From assembly GCA_043821645.1 (NCBI GenBank), contig JBDRCO010000063.1, positions 31,458 to 95,457 on the forward strand: a stretch of DNA of 64,000 nucleotides, in the 5' to 3' direction. The position numbers and the translations under genes are program-made. The notes below the pieces were generated by a model. It was not told the origin of the DNA. It was given only the letters and a program-made list of their open reading frames with translations, and searched no databases. Source of the stretch: Pseudomonadota bacterium (GTDB lineage Bacteria; Myxococcota; JACRCW01; JAFGSX01). This document shows, one piece after another, positions 37,164-47,448 of the stretch (position 1 is its first letter; every line of letters begins with the position of its first letter).

Positions 37164-37431
37164 CACTCGACTTCAGCGTCGACGACGTCAACGACCCTGA
37201 CGACGAGTGCGTGGTCCACGAGACCTTCCACGCGGCGCTGCTGCGCGCCGGCGACAGCGAGACCTCCGTCGAGACTTGTCAGGACTGCGCGGCCTACGAG
37301 GCCGAGCAGCAGACCGCCTTCGGCCGCAGCAGGGTGCTCGACGATTGCGCCCTGGCCTGGCTGGCGCAGCTGGATCGGCAGCCCCGGCGACGACGACCGG
37401 CACCGCCGCACTGGTCGATGCTGCCCGCGCC

Positions 37432-38568
37432 CTACTGCGGACAGAGGTCGCCGCCGGCATTATCGGCAAAGGTGTTGCCGCCGAGGTCGCGCAGCTCGAC
37501 GCTGCTCTGGTCGTAGCGCACGCCGCAGCTTGCACTGTGCTGGAAGAATCCGTCCTGCAAGTCGACGCGTCCCCGCTCGATCGAGACGTTGGCGGGGAAC
37601 AAGGTGCCGCCGCCCGCGTACTCGACGGTGAGGTCGTGGAGGTTGAGCGGCGACTCTGGCGGCGCGTTGTCGACGGCGATCCACAGGCCCTGCCACGCGC
37701 CCCGCACCCGGTTGAGGGCGCTGAAGGTGACGTGGCCATCGCGATCCGTGCTCAAGCTCCCGGTGACCCTCAGACGCACGTCGTCCGCCATCAGCCAGGT
37801 GTTGGTGTCTTCGAGGTTGAGAGAGCCGATGATGTCGATGTCTCCGCTGATCTCGTAGGGGACGCCGGGATCGGGGACGACCGCGGTATCGATCGTGCCC
37901 GATGCCACCAGGATGCGATCGGGAGCGTTGTCACGGTAGGTGTTGCCGCGCTCGATGTGACCCATGCCTTGCGGTGCCACGCGCACAGGGTACGAACTGC
38001 AGCCCTCGATGGTGATGGCCGCGAAGTCCGTCAGCAGCCCCGCCTCGTCGACCCAGACCCCGATGCCCTCGATGTTGCGCAGCTGCACCGAGCCCAGTGA
38101 GACTTGTCCGACGACGGTAAGGGCGCCCTTGAACGCCGGGTCCGTGAGCGCGCCCGCGTCCGAGATGCTGACGTTGAGCAGCCGCGCGTGGCCCTGGCCC
38201 GTGGTCTCGAATCGCAGGCCCTTCCAGTAGCCGCGTCGCGGTTCGGTGCCGCGGAGCACGATGGTGGGTGCGCCGATGCTGACGGCGGTCAGGCGCGCCG
38301 CGGGTCCGAGCGTGAGCCCGGCGCCGGCCGCAAACTCCAGGATCACGCCCTCGCCGATCTCCAGTTCCACAGCGTCGACCTCGGCCAGGCAGTCGACGAC
38401 ATAGTCCACCTCACGGCCCTCGCCGTGCTCGAGCTTCAGGTCGGCCCCGAAGTCGCCGCAGCCGAGGTGGCGCGTGCCCCCCAGAATGTCGAACCAGCCG
38501 CAGGCGCTCACCGAGAGACCAAGCGCCAGGGCTCCGGCGGCACCGAACAGCGCGCGCGCTGAGAACAT
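37432..38568 (-). CDS. Lipoprotein with probable right-handed beta-helix repeats
   Basis: Lipobox VSAC; internal duplication RGYWKGL/RGAWQGL..AG; GNTYRDNA/GNTFADNA. Confidence 0.78.
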   Translation of the reverse strand: MFSARALFGAAGALALGLSVSACGWFDILGGTRHLGCGDFGADLKLEHGEGREVDYVVDCLAEVDAVELEIGEGVILEFAAGAGLTLGPAARLTAVSIGAPTIVLRGTEPRRGYWKGLRFETTGQGHARLLNVSISDAGALTDPAFKGALTVVGQVSLGSVQLRNIEGIGVWVDEAGLLTDFAAITIEGCSSYPVRVAPQGMGHIERGNTYRDNAPDRILVASGTIDTAVVPDPGVPYEISGDIDIIGSLNLEDTNTWLMADDVRLRVTGSLSTDRDGHVTFSALNRVRGAWQGLWIAVDNAPPESPLNLHDLTVEYAGGGTLFPANVSIERGRVDLQDGFFQHSASCGVRYDQSSVELRDLGGNTFADNAGGDLCPQ

Positions 38569-38650
38569 GGGACCTCCCCGGCCATTCGCCCGAGAATAGC
38601 GGGCACGGGTCCGCACACACAACCCAGCCGGATGGGAGGTTCGCCCCCCA

Positions 38651-38770
38651 GGAAAGGTGCTGGCGATAGGTTGGTGGCACCCTTTCCACCAGCACCATTT
38701 CCACCATTTCCAGGGGCGATAGGTTGGTGGCACCATTCAAAGGCACCATTCAAAGCACCTTTCAAAGGGG
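38651..38770. repeat. REP-like hairpin plus stuttered tandem repeats
   Basis: Hairpin GGAAAGGTGC...GCACCCTTTCC (38651-38687); GGCGATAGGTTGGTGGCACC at 38662 and 38715; CACCATTTCC and GCACC(A/T)TTCAAA repeats. Confidence 0.88.
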
Positions 38771-38802
38771 CGCGCTCTTGGACTTTGCGTTGGCCTCGGC
38801 GC

Positions 38803-40209
38803 TCAGGGCTCGGGCGTGTTGCTGCAAACCACTGGCGTCACGCGGTGACACAGGAGGGCCGGGTCCATGGCCTGTCCCGCGAGCCGCGCATCGATGAAGG
38901 TGAGGATCTCGGGATAGGACCAGCCCGTGGCCTGGGTGTGGCTGGCGCCCGCGCACTCGAGGTACTGCAGGCGCATGCCCGCCTGACACAGGGTGTCGAA
39001 GGACGCGCGCTCCAGGGGTGTGTGCACCAGGGCGTCGGCCTCCCCGAGCACGAACAGCAGGCCGAAGCCGTCCCCCTGCGGGGTGAGGTGCTGGACGGGG
39101 GTCTGCAGCAGGCTGTTGACCTCGAGCATGCAGCCCCAGGGTGCCATATGCGCGAGCGAGTTGCTGGCGGCGGCCTGCAACAGCGCCGGTGTGTACAGAT
39201 CCTGGATGGTCAGGTCCTGCACGGTGTCGCCCGGATCGCAGCTCGCGGCCATGGCCTCGGGCACAGCGTCCACGTAGTCCGTCGCGAAGACCTCGTCGAG
39301 ACTGGCATTCGCACCGTACCACTCGGCACCGGCGGCCAGCATGACAGCGGTGTTGGCCGAGGCGGGAACCGTCTGCTGCAGGGCGCGCTCGGCCTCGCCG
39401 AGCAGATCCGCAGGTGGCACCGTGGCCACGCCACCGACCAGGGTCAGCTCGCGGGCGTAATAGGGCTGCAAGCGGTCGACCCACAGCGCCGCGTGCCCGC
39501 CCTGCGAGCCGCCAAACAAGGCGAGTCTGGGGTGCACACAGCGATCGGGCTGGGCGTCGTGCACGATGTGATCCGCAGCGCGAACAGCGTCCAGGGACGC
39601 GATGGCCGTGGCTTCGCCCACGAGATAGGGGTGCAGAAAGCCCGTTGGGGGGCCCATGGCCTTGAGGCCGATGTAGTCGGGCGCCACCGCGACCATGCCC
39701 AGCGACGCGAACAGGCCCACCAGCGAACGCGCCTCGTCGTCGACGGAGGGACCGCAACCATCGGTGAAACCCGAGGTCCCGTGCAGGATGAGCAGCATGT
39801 CCAGCGCCCGCTCGGCGCTGGCGTTGGTGGGGTAGCCAACCAGGGCCGTGGCCTCGACCAGCACGCCGCGGTCCTGGGTGCGATACAGGATCTGCTCGAC
39901 CCGCACGTCGTAGCGAGGCGGACGAGGCAATGTGATGTCGCCGACCAGCGCCGTCAGCTCGAGCACCGCGGCCTCGTAGTCCACCTGTGCACCACGCTCG
40001 ACGATCTCGCCGAGCCGGTCCGAGCGCAGCCAGCGATAGGCGGGCATGCCACAGCGCGCGGGCGCACTGGCCAGGAGATCGGTCTCGGCAGTACCGGCCA
40101 CCTGGGGTGGCCCGAGCTCGCAGCGCGGGGCTTCGTCGGCGGGAGGAGGGGCCGGGCACGCCACCTGCGAGGTGGCCGCGATCACGAGCAGGGGTGCGAA
40201 CCTGGTCAT
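38803..40209 (-). CDS. Secretory lipase (LIP family) lipoprotein
   Basis: Lipobox QVAC; HGTSG, VAPDYIGL, HPYLVG, GGSQGGHAAL, GEADALV, SH. Confidence 0.85.
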   Translation of the reverse strand: MTRFAPLLVIAATSQVACPAPPPADEAPRCELGPPQVAGTAETDLLASAPARCGMPAYRWLRSDRLGEIVERGAQVDYEAAVLELTALVGDITLPRPPRYDVRVEQILYRTQDRGVLVEATALVGYPTNASAERALDMLLILHGTSGFTDGCGPSVDDEARSLVGLFASLGMVAVAPDYIGLKAMGPPTGFLHPYLVGEATAIASLDAVRAADHIVHDAQPDRCVHPRLALFGGSQGGHAALWVDRLQPYYARELTLVGGVATVPPADLLGEAERALQQTVPASANTAVMLAAGAEWYGANASLDEVFATDYVDAVPEAMAASCDPGDTVQDLTIQDLYTPALLQAAASNSLAHMAPWGCMLEVNSLLQTPVQHLTPQGDGFGLLFVLGEADALVHTPLERASFDTLCQAGMRLQYLECAGASHTQATGWSYPEILTFIDARLAGQAMDPALLCHRVTPVVCSNTPEP

Positions 40210-40560
40210 GCAGAAGTGATAGCGGAATCAACCCGGCAATTCCACGTGCAAGGTGACGGCGTCTTGGCGCCGAGATTCCATGACGATACGGACTGAAGTT
40301 CTCGAGGGTGCATCGTCAATTCACAAGACACGACCCCGGATCTCCCAGGTCTCACAGATCCGAGATTTCAGATACCCGGATCCCCAACGCCCCCTCGGAC
40401 TCCGCGCTCACGCCTCGCCTAGGTTCCGTCGCCGGCCCTCAGCTTCTTGCGCATCTTATGACGAAGATCTTGGTGCAGCTGCCGCGTACCCCTTCGTATT
40501 CGATGATCTCCCGGGTCAGGCCGTAGGAAACATGAAGTGCCTCCCCGTCGCCAGCTAACC

Positions 40561-40579
40561 GTGCCACCCACCTATCACC
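40561..40579 (-). repeat. Inverted copy of the 20-bp REP-like motif
   Basis: GTGCCACCCACCTATCACC is the reverse complement of GGCGATAGGTTGGTGGCAC with 2 mismatches. Confidence 0.75.
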
Positions 40580-40741
40580 TCCTGCGACTGAATCTTTACA
40601 ACCGGCAGCGCTGCTCCGCTCTTGCAGCCATTGACATGAGCCAGGCCCCGGCAGGTCAGAGACAAATGTCGACTGGCAGCCGCCTCCAGCCGTGCGTTGT
40701 TCCGGATCGTCGCGCACGGATGACAGCTGCCGAGATTAGGT

Positions 40742-41653
40742 TCAGGCAGCGGCAGTGCGGTACGGAAGTGGTGGCCTGTAGCAGTAGCGCGGGAACTCGA
40801 CCGCGTAGTCACCGTCTCGGAAGCGATTGGATGATTCCCGGTAGGCCGCCAGCACTTCCTGGTACTGGCGACGGTACTCCTGCCGGGCAGCGCGGGTGGC
40901 GGCGTGACACATGGGCCGTCTAGAGCACTTGAGACGACGTGGTCGGTGGTGCGGGCGCTGACGTTTCACCGCCTCGGATCCGGCCACGGGCCGGCATCCG
41001 CGCTGCGCGCGCGCGCTCGCCTCGTGCTCGCGGACCAGGGACAGCACACGCTCCTGGCGCGCGGCAGCGCTCAAACCTCTCCAGCATGGCGCCACCGCGA
41101 CCTGCAGCGGATAGCGCTCGGAGCAGGACGATTCACTGGTCTTCGGATCCCTCTGTCGACGACGCCATAACTCGGTGCGGTTGAGCCACGTGAACTCCCT
41201 GCGCACGCCTTGCGTCAGCTCCGGCAGGCTGCTCATTCCTGGCCACTGCCGGGCCTTGTTGACGAGACCCTCCTTGACGCCGTTGGACAGCAAGTAGCCC
41301 AGCCTCTCGACAAAGGACTTGTCGTCGAGGATGGGCTCGGCCGAGTAGCGTCTTTCCCAGAACGCTCCTCGCCAGTCAATGAGGCGGCCGACCTCGCGCG
41401 CGATGTTGCCCTGCAGGTGCGACATGAATGGGGCGAGCTGTCCTTCTGCAGCCCGGACGATCAGGTGGAAGTGGTTGGATAGGAACACGAAGGCGAAGAT
41501 CTCGACGTCAAAGAGGTTCAGGGCACGGGTGAGCACCCCACCGATGAGGTCATTGATCTGTGGCGATGGCGTGAGCAGCAGCCGGCCTTGCTGGGTCCGG
41601 TTCGTGACAAAGTAGAGCCGGTGCGGCTCGATGATACGCAGGGGGCGGGCCAT
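40742..41653 (-). mobile_element. REP-associated tyrosine transposase (RAYT-like, Y1 HUH family)
   Basis: MARPLR, YFVTNR, HUH motif SNHFHL, FWERRY, catalytic Tyr in GYLLSNGVKEGLV, WPGMSS; flanked by repeat motifs. Confidence 0.88.
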
Positions 41654-41723
41654 GGCAGGCACAGACAGCAAGACGTGGGCCAGCGGCGATGTCGAAAAAA
41701 CGATGAGGGATCGCGAACCCGTC

Positions 41724-41884
41724 AACCCTTGCTGTCGCAACTTGATACGCCCTGTCGCAAATTGCAGCGGGCCTTGGCGATAGGTTGGTGGCACCATTTC
41801 CAGGTTGGTGGCACCATTTCCAGCACCATTTCCAGGCATCATTTCCAGCGACCCTCACTGGTGCAGGTTGCGACAGCAGGGGTC
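41724..41884. repeat. REPIN-like structure: about 17-bp inverted arms enclosing tandem REP-like repeats
   Basis: ACCCTTGCTGTCGCAAC (41725-41741) vs GTTGCGACAGCAGGGGT (41867-41883); inside, GGCGATAGGTTGGTGGCACC at 41776, AGGTTGGTGGCACCATTTCC again at 41802, then GCACCATTTCCAG and GCATCATTTCCAG. Confidence 0.85.
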
Positions 41885-41992
41885 GTCAGGTGCCTTGCCC
41901 GGGGTCGCCCGGTGCCTTCGCAGGGTGTACCCCCACCGCGCGCTCGCTGCCCCCCTGCCCTGACAGTCCGGAGATCTCCAGGCCGAGGCAGC

Positions 41993-43683
41993 TCAGTACT
42001 CGCGCGCCTCCAGCGCTTGCGCGCCCTGGCGCAGCGCCACCTTGGCCACGACGATGCTGAGGACCAGCGAGCCCGTCAGCAGCCCGATGATGCCAAGCCA
42101 GCTCGGCGTGGACAGGTGCCAGTGGTAGGCCGTCGACGAGAGCACGCGGTAAATGGGAAAGGCCTGCAGCAGCACGAAGGCAAACAGCAGCACCAGCGCA
42201 CCGGTCATGTAGAGCAGGCCACCGAAGCTGGCCGCGACCTTGACCGAGTTCTCGGCCTTGAAGTCGGGCATCATGGCGCCCAGTCCCGAGGCCAGGGCGC
42301 AGATCGCAAAAGCCAGCACCGCGGCATCCACCACGGCCAGCGCCTGCACCAGAGGCTCGGTGTCGAGGATTCGGTTGGATGCGATGGCCAGCACCTCGCC
42401 GAAGAGCAGAACCGGAAGCGCCCCGGCCAGCCACTTCGCGCGCACCAGCTCCCGCGCCGTGGTCGGCGCCGTGCGCAGGATCCAGATGCCACGGCCCTCG
42501 GCCGACACCGACGGGTACACGAAGCGCGCGGCCACGGCGGCCTGGACGAAGCCGGTCATGCCGATGTTCAAGAACGCCACTGCATTGCGGTACATGGTGG
42601 TGTCGACGTTGAGCGCGTCGAAAGGCAGCGCGTAGATGCTGAACAGATAGATCGCCACCAGCGCCACCAGCAGCACCAGCTGACTCCACTGGGAGGCGTC
42701 GCGCACCAGCACCTTGAGGTCCTTGGCCAGCACCGCACCCCCCGCGCGACCAAGCAGCCGCGAGGCCATGCGCTGCAAGCTGGTGCCGGAGAGACCCCGA
42801 AGCCGCGCCGGGCGGCCTTCCTGCGCACGCGACCAGCCACCCAGATAGAGAGCCGAGGTGATCCAGGCCGCGAGCACCACGAAGGCGGCGCCCCACAGAG
42901 CCAGGAATCCCGTCGAGGACAGGGCCTGGGACAGGTTGCCCCGCATGGCGGCACTGAGAGCCCTGGCGGCCCAGGTCGAGGGCAACCAGCCCGACTGCGG
43001 GATGACCAGGGTCGACAGGAACTGGGCCACGCCGTTGAAGGCCTCGGGGTTGACCAGGCGCTCGGGTCTGAGGAAGCGGAACACGAACCAGGCACCGCCG
43101 AGAAAGAGCGCGGTGATGATGATCAGCAGATCGCGCGCGGCGCGTGCCGGGAAGACGTTGACCAGACCCGTGGTGACGACGACACCCAGGCAGGCCGGAA
43201 TCGCCAGGAAGCCTGCACCGACGATCACAGCCAGGCCATAGTAGCTCAGCGGCGCCCCGTGCACGGCCCCATACGCTCCGATCACAGGTACTCCGAACAC
43301 CACCACCATCCACGACGAGGCCGCCACGCTCTCGGCGAAGCGCGCGTAGAAGAGTCGCAAGCGCGACACCGGCGCCGCGTTGATGAGTGTCAGCTCGTCG
43401 GACATGTAGAAGGTGGCCAGCGAGGTGACGATGTTGCTCAGCAGCAATACACCCGAGAAGGACAGCAACAGCAACATGAGCAGGCGGTCGACGAGGTAGG
43501 GCCCGAGCAGCTCGACGCCGAGCAGGATCCTGAGCAGGTACACCAGACCCGCGTAGAGACCGACCCAGACCCCGGCGATGAACAGGCTGGCGGCGATCAC
43601 CTTGCCCCAGCCGCTCCCGTCGAGGCGACGGGCCCGGTTGGCCACGATGCGAACTCGCGGGTACAGCAGAGACGACGCGGCGA

Positions 43684-43687
<4 letters not shown>
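41993..43687 (-). CDS. Putative ABC transporter permease
   Basis: Multi-TM; KDLKVLVRD..QWSQL; RFVYPSVSAEG..IWIL. Confidence 0.85.
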
Positions 43688-44558
<871 letters not shown>

Positions 44559-44562
<4 letters not shown>

Positions 44563-46127
44563 GGCGTGCTCTCCTGTGCGGGGCTCGGCCCGCCCTCGGT
44601 CTCGAGGATCTCGACGCGCAGCGAACCGATCAGACGCAGGATGTCGACCTGCTGATCCAGACCCCCCACCACGAAGCGAAGGTGCGTGGCGTCGGCAGGG
44701 ATTTGCCCCAGGGTGGGATCCAGAGCGCGCCAGCCGTCGAGCCAGACCTCGGGCCAGGCGTGGTAGTAAAAAGCAGCTCCCTCGCCGTGCAGATCGACCA
44801 GCACCACCCCGGCGGCCATGCGTGCGGGCAGACCCACGGCGCGCGCCAGGGCCGTGAACAGCACGGTGTGCTCGTTGCAGTCGCCCTGCATGCTGTTGAG
44901 CACGTCGATGGCACTGGGCACCCCAGCGCTGTTGACCTTGCGCACGTGCTCGTGCACCCAGGTCGACAATCGCATCGCGGCCTCGGCGGGATTCACGGTG
45001 CCGTCGAGGATCTCCCTGGCCTTGGCGACCACGGCCGGATCCCTGGCCTGCAGCAGTGTCTCGGGTAGCAGGGCCAGCTCCGGTCTATCCCAGGCTGGCG
45101 GGGTGGACGGATCCGCGGCATCCGCGCCCTGGGCAAGGACGACGTAGGGCAAGGTGTAGGAGACCTGCGCCGGCCAGGTCTCCCGGCTCACGGTCAGGAT
45201 GTCGTCGAGGCGCTGCTGCGACTGCCCCTGCAGCAGGGGAAAGCTCGAGCTGTCGATGCCCTGGAGGCGAACCTTGAGCTTCGTCACCGTTGCCGGACTG
45301 TCCGGGACGGCTCCGGTCGCGGGCGCAGCCACAGCCAGGATCAGGTCAGGCACGCTCTCGCTGTCGTCGGACAGCCGGAGGGCTTCGTCCCGCGGCTCGG
45401 CGCGCATCGAGAAGCCGATGGCGCTGTCCTCGCGCCGGGTCATGCCATCGCGATCGATCCAGGCGTCGGTCTTCAGAGCGCTGCGAAAGATCTCGCTGAT
45501 GCGCCAGCCCTGCTCGGTGCGCTCCTCGACCAGCACGTCGATGGTCTCGAGGTCGCGGAACAAGGGGTTGTACACCTGGAGCTGCAGGTTGGTGCCGGGT
45601 TCGGGGTCCCGGGCGGCCACGAAGGCGCGAATGACCGCGGGCACGATCACAGGTCCTGGAAGGTCAAAGCTCTCCTTCTCGACACGCCCACCGGTCTGCA
45701 CCTCCACGTCGAGAGAGTTGCCGTGGACCACACCCTGGACACCCAGGCGGGCCACGCCGGCGTCGATGCGCGCCTTGAAGCGGCGCAGCGCCCAGTGCGC
45801 GTCGACCTCGACCTCGCTCTCGGTGGCCAGACGCTGCACCATGCCCTGGGCCCGGAAGCGCCAGTAGGCGCGATCCAGGAAACGAGCGCCGCCGTCGTCG
45901 AGGGGGATGCGCTGGTTCTGGGCAAAGCCTATCTTGGTGTCCTGGTAGTAGATGCCAAAGGACCTCTCGGTGGCCCCCCGTGCCGGAGGCAAGGCGCGAG
46001 AGGGGTCAAAAGACTCGGAGGCCTGCGGCCAGCAGGTCGACAGGGTGGTACCGAGCCAGCCCGCGACCACCAGGGAGCCCACCACGTGATGCACCGCGCG
46101 CCAGCGCCGCCCTCGGTCCGGGATCAT
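44559..46127 (-). CDS. Transglutaminase-like domain protein
   Basis: GDCNEHT, YHAWPEV, LDPT (Cys-His-Asp triad); N-terminal TM/signal. Confidence 0.88.
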
Positions 46128-46388
46128 CGGCTCTCCTCGACTGCAGCACCGGCCAGGGGTGACCGGTCTCGTTCCAGGGGACTTCGCAGGGTCCGTGCCA
46201 GCCCTGGAGTTGCAGGTTCAGCGCACGCGCAGTGGTCACCTGCCCTAATTTAGCATGTACTGCCCCGCGCTTCGCGTGCCACCTCGCGAAATGCCTCGCC
46301 CGCCCCTGGATCCAGCACGCGCAAATTGAGCGCTGAATCTATTCGCGTGGAGCGGGCTCCCACAGCATGGATCACGATGGAGGCCCGC

Positions 46389-46589
46389 ATGCCGCTGTAT
46401 GAATTTCGCTGCCCCGAGTGCGGCAGCCGTTTCGAGGAACTGGTCTGGACCAGCGGAGGGGACAAGGTGGTGTGCCCGCAGTGCGGCAACCAGGAACCGG
46501 TGCGGGAGATGTCGACCTTCGCCACCTGTGGCGACGGTGGGAGTTCCACCCAGGGCAGCAGCTGCGGCGGCTCCAGCGGCTTCTCCTGA
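46389..46589 (+). CDS. FmdB family zinc-ribbon protein
   Basis: MPLYEFRCPECG..FEEL...CPQCG; GGAGG RBS. Confidence 0.88.
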   Translation: MPLYEFRCPECGSRFEELVWTSGGDKVVCPQCGNQEPVREMSTFATCGDGGSSTQGSSCGGSSGFS

Positions 46590-46641
46590 GGCTGAATCGC
46601 TCGCGGCGGTCGCCGCGACACGGGCGTGATAAAGTCGCACC

Positions 46642-47442
46642 ATGACGCGCGCCCTCATCCTTGGTAGCTCGCATGCCTCACCCGTAGCCGGCGCAGAGCA
46701 CCAGCTGGGCTCCGTGCCCCTCCAAGCCATCGCGGTGGAAACGCGCCTGGGTCAGGTGCAGCTGCACCGCGCCCGGGACCGAGATGACGCCGTGGTGCTG
46801 TTCAGGCACGGCTGGCCTCACAGCTTCCTTCCCAACCAGATCCCTTATCGCGCCCAGGCTCTGGCCCTGAAGCAGCTCGGCGTGCGCTCGGTGCTCTGCA
46901 CGAGCTCGGTGGGTGTGCTGCGACCGCGCATCCCGCTGTTCGCGCCCTTGCTGGTGCAGGACTTGCTGATGCCGGACAACCGACTGCCCGATGGCAGTGC
47001 GTGCAGCGTGTTCGATGGCGAGCAGGCGGACGGCGGACACCTGGTCGTCGACGATGGACTGGTCCACAGCGCGCTGATGCTGCAGCTCGAGGACCATGCG
47101 CGGGCGCTCGGCCTGGTCCCCATGGAGAGGGTGATCTTCGCCTACAGCCCGGGTCCGCGCACCAAGACCCCGGCCGAGAATGCGTTCTGGGCGCAGGCCG
47201 GAGCGGACGTGGCGTCGATGACCCTGGGCCCCGAGCTGGTCTTGCTCAACGAGCTGGAGATCCCCACCGCGGCCCTGGTGGTCGGACACAAGTACTCGTA
47301 CCCGCACGCACCCAGGACGCTGGAGACTGACGCGCTGAGCTTGTCCCTCGAGCAGGCGCGGCGCTCCCTCGAGGCCCTGGCGCTGCGCTTTTTGCTCGAC
47401 GGCGAGAGTGTGGACTTTGCCAACCACATCTTTCGCTTCTGA
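46642..47442 (+). CDS. MTA/purine nucleoside phosphorylase-like protein (divergent)
   Basis: LFRHG..H..LPNQIPYRA, SSVG, GPRTKTPAE, SMT..PE. Confidence 0.8.
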   Translation: MTRALILGSSHASPVAGAEHQLGSVPLQAIAVETRLGQVQLHRARDRDDAVVLFRHGWPHSFLPNQIPYRAQALALKQLGVRSVLCTSSVGVLRPRIPLFAPLLVQDLLMPDNRLPDGSACSVFDGEQADGGHLVVDDGLVHSALMLQLEDHARALGLVPMERVIFAYSPGPRTKTPAENAFWAQAGADVASMTLGPELVLLNELEIPTAALVVGHKYSYPHAPRTLETDALSLSLEQARRSLEALALRFLLDGESVDFANHIFRF

Positions 47443-47448
47443 GCTGGC

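Noticed and set aside
40742-41653. IS200/IS605 element with TnpB (RNA-guided nuclease)
   Set aside because: No tnpB/RuvC ORF adjacent, and the 303-aa protein is much longer than IS200 TnpA and has RAYT-type motifs.
38651-41850. CRISPR array interpretation of the 20-bp repeats
   Set aside because: Copies are few, irregularly spaced, partly inverted and separated by repeat-derived sequence or whole genes rather than unique 30-40-bp spacers; no cas genes in the window.
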